Below are positions 48,104 to 56,708 of a DNA stretch of 64,000 bases, piece by piece. The DNA is from an uncultured Acidobacteriota bacterium (GTDB lineage: Bacteria > Acidobacteriota > Vicinamibacteria > Vicinamibacterales > 2-12-FULL-66-21), in the NCBI GenBank assembly GCA_963748295.1, contig CAVVIH010000008.1, positions 244,438 through 308,437 on the forward strand, in the 5' to 3' direction. Below the pieces are notes generated by a model. The model made no database searches. It was not told the DNA's origin and worked only from the letters and a program-made list of their open reading frames with translations. The position numbers and the translations under genes are program-made. The number at the start of each line of letters is the position of its first letter. Position 1 is the first letter of the stretch.

Positions 48104-50354
48104 TTATCTACCTCCGCCGTCGGTGGTGATCTTCGCTCCCCCGCCGATGAAGCGCTGCAGGAACGCGTCCATCCGATCGAAGGTGTAGATCCACCGGCTG
48201 TAGAGCAGCGAGTCGTGCACGTCGTCGGGGAACACGATCAGCTCGTGGTAGACGTCGTGCGCGCGGAGGAGCTGCACGAGGCCGGTCGTCTGCGAGAACG
48301 CGACGTTGCGGTCGTCGTCTCCGTGCACGAGCAGCACCGGCGACTTCCACTTCTCGATCGCGCCGATCGCGGAGGACTGGAACGAGACATTTTCTGGATC
48401 GATCGAGTTCCCCCACAGGTGTACGCCCGCCAGGTCGACGCCGACTTTGAAGATGTCGGAATTGCGTGCGAGCGCCTGCGCGGTCAGGACGCCGCCATAC
48501 GACAGGCCCCAGATTCCGATGCGTGCGGGATCGACATCCGGCCGGGTCTGCAGATACTTGCCTGCCGCGAGCACGTCGCGATACTCGGCGTTGCCTCGTC
48601 CGCCCGTATTCGGCGCGGTGCGGAACGAACGGCCGTAGCCGATGCCGCTGCGGTAGTTGACCGACATCACCACATAGCCCTTGCTCGCCAGCCACTGATT
48701 CACGCCATACGCGAGGTGGTAGAAGTGGCGGTAGTGATAGCCGAGCAGCATCTGCCGCACGGGGCCGCCGTGCACGAAGATCACCGCCGGCCGCTTGTCG
48801 CCCGGACGAAGGTTCGCGGGCACGAACACCTGGTTGTTGAACTTGACGCCATCCTCGGCGGTGAGCGTGACGTTCTCGGGGATCACGTGTTCGGCTGCGG
48901 GGAACGAAGCGGTCAACTTTGGAAAGAGCACTTTCACCGGGCCGCCGGCGGCGGCTACCACGCCGACCGATTGCGGGCGACGGGCGGCGGCAGTGAGGAG
49001 CGCGACGTGCTTTCCTGACGCGAGCGCCGCCGGATACGTCTCGATCTCCTGGCCCGTCGTGATCTGCACGGCGTCGCCGCCGCTGGTCGGCACGCGCCAG
49101 ACATGGCGGCGATCGATGTCGCCGGCGTTGGTGCAGTAATAAAGTGTCTTGCCGTCGCTCGAGAGCGCGACGTTCTCGACCATGCCGTCGCCGGGGGTCA
49201 GCGTCAGCGGATCGGTGGTGCCGCCGCTCGCGCTGACCGAGTAGTACCGGATCCACTCTTCCGGCTCGGCCGAGAACATCAGGTGCGTCCCGGCCCACTC
49301 GATCCCGTTCACGCGAGAGAACGTCTGGTCGTCCGGCTTGTTGTGCCACACTTCGCGGGCTTCGCCGGTTGCGACGTCGGCGACCCAGAACGACAGCGTG
49401 TAACCGCCTTTGAACGTCGCGCGCGTCAGGCCTGGAATCCTCGACTGCGGCTCGTCCGCTTCCCCGCCGCGGCCACCGCGTCCCTGTCCGCCGCGGCCCT
49501 GTCCACCGCGCCCCTGCCCTCTGCCCGCCGCAGGTCCGGCCGGGTTACCGACACCGGCCGCGCCCGTCTGCGTCTGCTGGCCGAATGGCGTTCCTGGACG
49601 ACGGATGAACGCGATCTGCTTGCCGTCGGACGACCACGTGGGGCTGGTGTCGAAGTCGACGCTTGGAGAAATGTAGGAGATCGAACGCTTCACCGTGTCG
49701 TAGACCGCGATGAAACCGTGATCGTTGCGGTTGCTCACGAACGCGAACTTCCTGCCGTCCGGCGACCACGTTGGATCGCTGTTGCTGCCCCACGCCTGGA
49801 CGTAAGGCTTCTCCCCCTTGTCGACGTCGGACGTTGCGGGTGCGGCGCTGACCCGGTAGCGGATAAATCTGGCCGTCACGGGCAAAGAGGACGGCGCTGC
49901 CATCAGGCGAGAGAACCGGACTGCCGCCGACCCCGAGCTTGAACGGCGCGCCGCCGGCGGTGCGGGCGGCCCAGATAGTGCGCTCCGCGCCCCGCGGATC
50001 GCTGGTCGGATTGGCGACCCAGCCGTCGCGGTTCGGCGCGTGCCCGCGGACGAATACGACAACCGCTCCGTCGCGGGAGATCCTGAGGTCCGTCAAATCC
50101 ACGCCGTCGTCCTGCAGGTTTCGCGTGACTTTGACGGGCGTGAACGCCGGCGCGACGGCGGTGTAGACATTGCGCCGTCCGCTCTGGTACGCGACCCAGG
50201 CGATGCGATCCGCGGCGTGCGCCGACACCAGTTCGAACGGATACGCGGGCGCGAGGAAATCGTCCACCGTCGGCCGTCGCTGTGCGACAACCGCGGATGA
50301 AATCACGAGCGCTGCGGCGAAGGCGGCGGTTACGGTTCTGGCATGTCGGAGCAT
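48104..50354 (-). pseudogene. S9-family serine peptidase (beta-propeller plus alpha/beta hydrolase); one frameshift as sequenced
   Basis: The true N-terminus is MLRHARTVTAAFAAALVISSAVVAQ from ATG 50354, which is the tail of the otherwise spurious 858-aa ORF 49545..52121. It joins ORF 48104..50062 at about 49860-49862; removing one base gives DGQIYRYRVSAAPATSDVDKGEKPY. The catalytic motif is GIWGLSYGG. Confidence 0.85.
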
Positions 50355-50447
50355 TGCGTTCGACCTCCGTCTGGCGACGCCGGGGAGTCTACAACGTTTC
50401 TTTGCGTTTTCGGGCGGCGGTTGGTAAGGTTCCGCGCGGAGAGGCCT

Positions 50448-52451
50448 ATGCGCATTGCTTTTCTTGTCCCCGCGGCGGTCGTTGCCATGGCCGGACTGCA
50501 TGCGGCCGAGACGCAGGTTCCCACCATCGACCAGCTCATCGAGCTGAAGCGGCCGGGCTCGGTGGCCATGTCGCCGGACGGGGCGCGCATCGCGTTCACC
50601 GTCACCGAAACGAACTGGGACGACAACGCGTACGAGACGGAAGTCTTCATGATGGATGCGCGCGGAACCGAGCCGGTTCAGCTCACCCGCGCGCGCAAAT
50701 CCAGCAGCTCGCCCGCCTGGTCTCCGGATGGCCGCTGGCTCGCCTTCATCTCGGACCGCTCCGACAAGCGGCAGCTCTACGTGATCAGCCCGCACGGCGG
50801 CGAAGCGGGAGCGCTCACCAACGTCGAAGATGGCGTCGGCAGCTTCGAGTGGGCGCCCGACGGCAAATCGATCGCGTTCACGATGACGGATCCCAAGACC
50901 GACAAGCTGAAGGATCGCGACAAACGATACGGCGAGTTCGAGGTGGTCGACGCCGATCACCGGATGACCCACCTGCATCTCCTCTATCTCGACGCGAACG
51001 CCGGAGCGACCGGCAAGATTCGCCGGCTGACGAGCGGCGACTTCACGATCGGCAACTTCAGATGGGCTCCGGACGGCCAGCAGATCGCCTTCGAGCACCG
51101 GAAGAATTCTGACGCGGCGAGCCTCGGATCCGCGGACATCTCGATCCTGACGCTGAGCGACGGCAGCGTCCGCCCGCTCGTCACGCAGGAAGGACCGGAC
51201 ACGAACCCGCAGTGGTCGCCCGATGGAAAGCAGGTCGCGTTTCAAAGCGCGATGGCGAATCCCTGGTATTTCTATTCGAACACGCGCATCGCGGTCGTGC
51301 CGGCCGCGGGTGGAACGCCTCGCTCGATCAGCGAACGATTCGACGAGCAGCCGGGTCTGGTCGGCTGGGCGCCCGCCGGGATCCTCTTTTCGGGCCTCCA
51401 GCGCACGACGTCCCGGCTCTACCGCCTCAATCCAGCAACGGGCGAGTTCGCGACACTGACGCCGGACAACACGGTCGTGCAGGCGGGCTTCAGCTTCACC
51501 CAGGATTACTCTTCGGCCGCGTTCATCGGCAGCGACGCCAAACACTTCCCCGAGGTATGGGTCGCGCCGGTGTCGACGATGCAGGGCCGCGAGCTGACGG
51601 CGTTCGGCAAGCAGATCAAGGACTGGAAGGTCGGAAACCGGGAAGTGATCTCGTGGAAGAGCAGCGACGGCGAGACGATCGAGGGCGTGCTGCACAAGCC
51701 GGCCGATTTCAAGCGCGGCACCCAGTATCCGCTGCTCGTCATCATTCACGGCGGCCCCACCGGGATCTCGCGGCCGACACGCGTGCAGCTCGGCGGCGTC
51801 TATCCAATCGAGCTCTGGCTCGCGAAAGGCGCGCTGATCCTCGAACCCAACTATCGCGGCAGCGCGGGATATGGCGGCAGGTTCCGGGCGCTGAACGTTC
51901 GCAACCTCGGCGTCGGCGACGCGTGGGACGTGCTCTCGGGCGTCGACCATCTGATCGACGAGGGCATCGTCGATCGAAACCGCATCGGCGTGATGGGGTG
52001 GAGCCAGGGCGGCTACATCTCCGCGTTTCTCGCCACGCACGAACGGCAGATCTTCAAGGCCATCTCGGTTGGCGCTGGTATCTCCGACTGGATGACGTAT
52101 TACGTGAACACCGACATCCACCCGTTCACCAGGCAGTACCTCAAGGCGACGCCGTGGGACGATCCCGAGATCTACGCGCGCACGTCACCGATCACGAACA
52201 TCAAGCGCGCCCGCACACCGACTTTGATTCAACACGGCGAGCTGGATCAGCGGGTGCCGATTCCGAACGCGTACGAGCTCTATCAGGGCCTGCAGGATCA
52301 GAACGTGCCCGTGAAGCTGATCGTCTACAAGGGTTTCGGTCACGGACTCAACAAGCCGAAGGCCGCGCGCGCCGCGATGGAACACAATCTCGAGTGGTTC
52401 GGCCAGTACGTTTTCGGCGAGCGCCCGCCCTCGACAAGCGCCAGCCGATGA
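50448..52451 (+). CDS. S9-family serine peptidase (prolyl oligopeptidase / dipeptidyl aminopeptidase type)
   Basis: ATG at 50448 follows GGAGAGG and gives the signal peptide MRIAFLVPAAVVAMAGLHA. The protein has TolB-like propeller repeats (SPDGxxIAF), the catalytic GVMGWSQGG, and a C-terminal HGELDQRVP...GFGH. Confidence 0.9.
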   Translation: MRIAFLVPAAVVAMAGLHAAETQVPTIDQLIELKRPGSVAMSPDGARIAFTVTETNWDDNAYETEVFMMDARGTEPVQLTRARKSSSSPAWSPDGRWLAFISDRSDKRQLYVISPHGGEAGALTNVEDGVGSFEWAPDGKSIAFTMTDPKTDKLKDRDKRYGEFEVVDADHRMTHLHLLYLDANAGATGKIRRLTSGDFTIGNFRWAPDGQQIAFEHRKNSDAASLGSADISILTLSDGSVRPLVTQEGPDTNPQWSPDGKQVAFQSAMANPWYFYSNTRIAVVPAAGGTPRSISERFDEQPGLVGWAPAGILFSGLQRTTSRLYRLNPATGEFATLTPDNTVVQAGFSFTQDYSSAAFIGSDAKHFPEVWVAPVSTMQGRELTAFGKQIKDWKVGNREVISWKSSDGETIEGVLHKPADFKRGTQYPLLVIIHGGPTGISRPTRVQLGGVYPIELWLAKGALILEPNYRGSAGYGGRFRALNVRNLGVGDAWDVLSGVDHLIDEGIVDRNRIGVMGWSQGGYISAFLATHERQIFKAISVGAGISDWMTYYVNTDIHPFTRQYLKATPWDDPEIYARTSPITNIKRARTPTLIQHGELDQRVPIPNAYELYQGLQDQNVPVKLIVYKGFGHGLNKPKAARAAMEHNLEWFGQYVFGERPPSTSASR

Positions 52452-52493
52452 AATAAATTTCTCTCCGCTATTCGAACAAACCTGGAGGTTTTC

Positions 52494-55241
52494 GTGATTC
52501 GCCGACATCTCTCGTCCCGCCTGCCCTATGTTGCGGCGCTCGGCGCAGTGCTGTTTCTCGCGCCCACGGGCGGAACCCGTGTCGCCGGCCAGGCCGGCGC
52601 GGCACAATCCAGGGTTGTCGCACTGAGGGGCGCCACGATCCTGACGGTCACGAAGGGGACGATCCCGAAAGGCACGATCGTGCTGCGCGACGGCAAGATC
52701 GCCGCGGTCGGCGCCAACGTGGACATCCCGGCCGGCGCCGAGGTGATCGACGCGTCGGGCAAGTTCATCTCGCCCGGCATCATCGACGCGCACTCCCACA
52801 TCGCGAACGACGCGATCAACGAGGGCGGCACGACGGTCAGCTCGATGACGGGGATGGAGGATGTTCTCGATCCGACCGACGTCAACATCTATCGCGACCT
52901 CGCCGGCGGCCTGACGACCGCGAACGTGCTGCATGGGAGCGCGAACCCGATCGGCGGGAAGAACGCGGTGATCAAGCTGCGCTGGGGCAAGACGCACGCG
53001 GAAGAGCTGCTCTTCCAGGGTGCGATGCCCGGTATCAAGTTCGCGCTCGGCGAGAACCCGAAGGACATGACCCAGCCCGGCGGCGGCCAGACCGGCCCGC
53101 GGCGTTATCCCGCGACGCGCATGGGCGTCGAGTTCGTCATCCGCGACGCGTTCACGCGCGCGAAGGGCTACCAGAAGGCGTGGCGCGATTATGAGAAGAA
53201 GAAAGCGGCTGGTCAGGACGTCGTGCCGCCGCGCCGCGACCTGCAGCTCGAGCCGCTGGTGGAGATTCTCGAGGGCAAGCGGCTGGTTCATGCCCACTGC
53301 TACCGCGCCGACGAAATCCTGATGCTGATCCGCCTGGCGGAAGAGATGGGATTCAAGATCGCGACCTTCCAGCACGTGCTCGAGGGCTACAAGGTGGCAA
53401 AGGAAATCGCGGCGCACGGCGCCGGCGCCTCGACGTTCTCGGACTGGTGGGCATACAAGGTCGAAGCGCAGGACGCGATCCCGCACAACGCCGCGATCAT
53501 GGTCCGCAAGGGCGTGCTGGTGTCGGTGAACTCGGACAGCGCCGAGCATGCGCGCCGCCTGAACACGGAAGCCGCGAAGAGCGTCAAGTGGGGCGGGCTC
53601 AGCGATGACGAGGCGCTCGCGCTCGTCACGATCAATCCGGCGAAGCAGCTGCGAATCGACGGCAAGGTCGGATCGATCGAAGTCGGCAAGGATGCCGACC
53701 TCGCGGTCTGGACGCATCACCCGCTCAGCAGCTACGCGATCGTCGACAAGACCATCATCGACGGCATCGTTTACTACGACAGGCTGACCGAGGAGCGCAA
53801 GCTCACCGAGCTGCGCAAGGAGAAGTCCGATCTCGCGGCGGCGGAGCGGGCGGCGGCGAGACCGCCGACGGCCGCGCCCGAGCAGCCGAAGGCCGAGGAA
53901 TCCAGGCCGAACGGCAACGGATCGACACAGACGACCAACGGCTCAAACGGCGCGACGCAATCCGCCAGCGCCACACAATCCACCGGCACCTCGGGGTCGA
54001 CTCAGGCGCGCGGCGGAGCGCCGGTGCCCGTGATTGCCATCACCAACGCCACGATTCATCCGGTCACCAGCGCATCGATCGAGCGCGGCACGATCGTCCT
54101 GCGCGGCGGCAAGATCGAGGCGATCGGCGCAAACGTCCAGGTGCCGTCCGGCGCGAAGGTGATCGACGCGAAGGGGTCGCACGTCTACCCCGGCTTCATC
54201 AATGCGCGGACGACGATCGGGTTGTCCGAACCGGGACCGCGCGGATTCGAGGACGTCGCCGAGATGCTGGACCTCAACCCGCAGCTGCGGACGCACGTCG
54301 CGTATCAGGCCGCGAGCGACGCGATTCCGGTCGCGCGCGTCAACGGCATCACGACCGTGGGGGTCGCGCCGAGTGGCGGCCTGTTCGGCGGGCAGATGGC
54401 GGTCGTCAACCTCGATGGCTGGACCTGGGAAGACGCGACGCTCAAGCCGAACATCGGCATCACGTTCAACTTCCCGGCGCTTGGCGGCGGCGGTGGGCGC
54501 GGCGGCGGCGGTGGCGGCGGACGCGGCGGCGGCCAGGGCGCCGACCGCAGCTACGAGGACGTGAAACGCGAACGCGACCGCCGGCTCGACGGCATCATCA
54601 GGTTGTTCGATCGCGCGCGGGCCTACTCCAAGGCGGGCGCCGACAAGACCGTGGACTGGACGCTCGAAGCGCTCGTGCCGGTCGTCGAACGCAAGATCCC
54701 GCTCGTCACCAGCGTCGCCCGCGCGCAGGACGTCCGCGACGCGATCGCGTTCGCCGAGCGCGCCAACGTCCGGCTCATCCTCAGCGGAGTGACGGACCCG
54801 GCCGTCGCGCCGCTGATCAAAGAGAAGAACGTACCGGTCATCCTGGGCAGCGTGCTCGGCCTTCCCGCGAGCGAGGATCTCTTCCATGCCGACATGTACC
54901 AGCTGGCCGGCCGCCTGGCGCAGGCTGGGGTGAAGCTGGCCTTCTCGACGGGCGATTACTCCAACGTCCGGCTGCTGCCGTATCACGCGGCGATGTCGGT
55001 CGCCTGGGGCATGGATCGCAACGCGGCGATCAAGGCGCTGACGATCGACGCGGCCGAGATTCTCGGCGTCGCCGATCGGCTCGGCAGCCTCGAACCGGGC
55101 AAGGACGCCAACCTTTTCATCGCCAAAGGCGATCCGCTCGAGATTCGAACCGAGGTCACCCACGTGATCATCGCGGGCCGTGACGTCGGCCTGGAGAACA
55201 AGCACCAGGCTCTTTACGAGAAGTACATCGCACGGCCATAG
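52494..55241 (+). CDS. Two-module amidohydrolase-fold protein, 915 aa (N-terminal catalytic module plus a C-terminal module lacking the HxH metal motif)
   Basis: A GTG at 52494 follows GGAGG. Module 1 has ISPGIIDAHSHIA (HxH), VNSDS and GKDADL. A Ser/Thr/Gln-rich linker follows. Module 2 has VYPGFINARTTIG in place of HxH and a Gly/Arg run at nt about 54475-54545. Confidence 0.85.
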   Translation: MIRRHLSSRLPYVAALGAVLFLAPTGGTRVAGQAGAAQSRVVALRGATILTVTKGTIPKGTIVLRDGKIAAVGANVDIPAGAEVIDASGKFISPGIIDAHSHIANDAINEGGTTVSSMTGMEDVLDPTDVNIYRDLAGGLTTANVLHGSANPIGGKNAVIKLRWGKTHAEELLFQGAMPGIKFALGENPKDMTQPGGGQTGPRRYPATRMGVEFVIRDAFTRAKGYQKAWRDYEKKKAAGQDVVPPRRDLQLEPLVEILEGKRLVHAHCYRADEILMLIRLAEEMGFKIATFQHVLEGYKVAKEIAAHGAGASTFSDWWAYKVEAQDAIPHNAAIMVRKGVLVSVNSDSAEHARRLNTEAAKSVKWGGLSDDEALALVTINPAKQLRIDGKVGSIEVGKDADLAVWTHHPLSSYAIVDKTIIDGIVYYDRLTEERKLTELRKEKSDLAAAERAAARPPTAAPEQPKAEESRPNGNGSTQTTNGSNGATQSASATQSTGTSGSTQARGGAPVPVIAITNATIHPVTSASIERGTIVLRGGKIEAIGANVQVPSGAKVIDAKGSHVYPGFINARTTIGLSEPGPRGFEDVAEMLDLNPQLRTHVAYQAASDAIPVARVNGITTVGVAPSGGLFGGQMAVVNLDGWTWEDATLKPNIGITFNFPALGGGGGRGGGGGGGRGGGQGADRSYEDVKRERDRRLDGIIRLFDRARAYSKAGADKTVDWTLEALVPVVERKIPLVTSVARAQDVRDAIAFAERANVRLILSGVTDPAVAPLIKEKNVPVILGSVLGLPASEDLFHADMYQLAGRLAQAGVKLAFSTGDYSNVRLLPYHAAMSVAWGMDRNAAIKALTIDAAEILGVADRLGSLEPGKDANLFIAKGDPLEIRTEVTHVIIAGRDVGLENKHQALYEKYIARP

Positions 55242-55259
55242 GCTGTTTTGGAGACACTG

Positions 55260-56627
55260 ATGAAGTCACTGATTCGTTTCTCTCTCTGTGTCACTGCGGC
55301 AGCCGTCGCCTACGCGGGCGGAGCCTTTGCAGAAGCGCCGAACATCTATGCGATCCGCGGCGCGCGGATCGTCACGGCAGCCGGAGCGCCGATCGCGAGC
55401 GGCACCCTCGTCATCCGCAACGGCATCATCGAAGCGGTCGGCGCCGACGTTCAGCCGCCGGCGGATGCGATGGTGATCGACGGCGCCGGCATGACGGTCT
55501 ACCCCGGGCTCATCGACATGGGCACGGCGGTCGGCGTCGACGTGCTGACGGCGGCGCAGCCGGCGAACTTCCGGACCACCGAGGACCAGGAGCGCTACAA
55601 GAGCAGCACCATCTTCCGCCCGGACCTCGTCGTCGCCAACCACCTGCAGCAGGATTCGACGGATCTCGCGCGGTTTGCCGGATCGGGCATCACGACAGTG
55701 CTGTCCACTCCGCCGGGATCGCTCGTGCGCGGACAGAGCGCGCTCGTCAACGTCGCCATCGCTCCGGACGAGCCGCAGATTGGCTCGGTCGCGGATTCGC
55801 GCCGCGGCCTGAATGTGGTGAAGACGCCGGTCGCGCTCCACGTCTCGCTCGGCTCGCCGGGCGGACGCGGCGGCTACCCGGTGTCGCTGCTTGGCTCGAT
55901 CGCGTTCGTCCGTCAGCACTTCCTCGACGCGCAGCACCAGCTGCTCGAGCAGCAGCATTACGAGAAGTCGAAGACCGCCTCCGAGCGGCCGACCTACGAC
56001 CCGGCGCTCGACGCGCTGCAGCCGGCGCTCGCGCGCCGGCTGCCGGTCGCCTTCGAGGCGGATCTGTCGCGCGAAATACTTCGCTCGCTGAACATGGCGA
56101 AGCAATTCAACCTCGATCCGGTGATCACCGGCGCCCGCGAGGCCGACCAGGTCGCCGACGCGCTGAAGGCCAGCAACGCGCGGGTGATCTACAACCTGAA
56201 CTACCCGACGCGTCCGAGGACGCTCGCACCGGATGCCGACGAGCCGATCCGGTCGCTGCGTGAGCGCGCACAGGCGTCGAAGACGCCCGCGGCGCTCGAG
56301 AAGGCGGGCGTGCTGTTCGCGTTCTCGTCGGATGGCCTGCGTGAGCCGCGGGACTTCGTCCGCAACGCCGCGCGCGCGGTCAAGGACGGCCTGCCCGCCG
56401 ACGCGGCGATCCGCGCACTGACGATCAACGCCGCGAAAATCGCCGGCGCCGACGCGCGCCTGGGTTCACTCGAGCGCGGCAAGATCGCCAACATCGTCGT
56501 CACCGACGGCGATCTGTTCGAGGAACGTACGCGCGTCCGCCACGTGTTCGTGGACGGACGGCTGGTTGAGGTCGAGGAAGCGCCGCCGCAGACCGGCCGC
56601 GGCGGCCGCGGACGAGGCGGCGACTGA
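55260..56627 (+). CDS. Amidohydrolase-fold protein lacking the HxH metal motif (paralog of module 2 of the upstream gene)
   Basis: ATG at 55260 lies 6 nt after GGAG and gives the signal peptide MKSLIRFSLCVTAAAVAYAGGAFA. VYPGLIDMGTAVG stands where HxH is expected. The C-terminus is GRGGRGRGGD. Confidence 0.85.
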   Translation: MKSLIRFSLCVTAAAVAYAGGAFAEAPNIYAIRGARIVTAAGAPIASGTLVIRNGIIEAVGADVQPPADAMVIDGAGMTVYPGLIDMGTAVGVDVLTAAQPANFRTTEDQERYKSSTIFRPDLVVANHLQQDSTDLARFAGSGITTVLSTPPGSLVRGQSALVNVAIAPDEPQIGSVADSRRGLNVVKTPVALHVSLGSPGGRGGYPVSLLGSIAFVRQHFLDAQHQLLEQQHYEKSKTASERPTYDPALDALQPALARRLPVAFEADLSREILRSLNMAKQFNLDPVITGAREADQVADALKASNARVIYNLNYPTRPRTLAPDADEPIRSLRERAQASKTPAALEKAGVLFAFSSDGLREPRDFVRNAARAVKDGLPADAAIRALTINAAKIAGADARLGSLERGKIANIVVTDGDLFEERTRVRHVFVDGRLVEVEEAPPQTGRGGRGRGGD

Positions 56628-56634
56628 GTACAAA

Positions 56635-56693
56635 CAGGAGATCAGGAGTTCAAGAGACTTTGGGTCTTTTCGTAATGATCTCCTGATCTCCTG
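56635..56693. terminator. Perfect 14-bp hairpin built from AGGAGATC iterations between convergent genes
   Basis: caggagatcaggag (56635-56648) pairs with ctcctgatctcctg (56680-56693) across a 31-nt loop. It lies between the amidohydrolase stop (56627) and the S9 peptidase stop (56709). Confidence 0.55.
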
Positions 56694-56708
56694 ATCTCTT
56701 GTGGGTCT

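Noticed and set aside
49545-52121. An 858-aa minus-strand ORF, the second longest in the ORF track.
   Set aside because: Almost all of it lies antisense to the well-supported S9 peptidase gene 50448..52451 and is Arg/Asp/Pro-rich with no recognisable domain. Only its last roughly 160 codons (from ATG 50354) are real, as the N-terminus of the frameshifted S9 peptidase 48104..50354. Long stop-free antisense frames are expected at this GC content.
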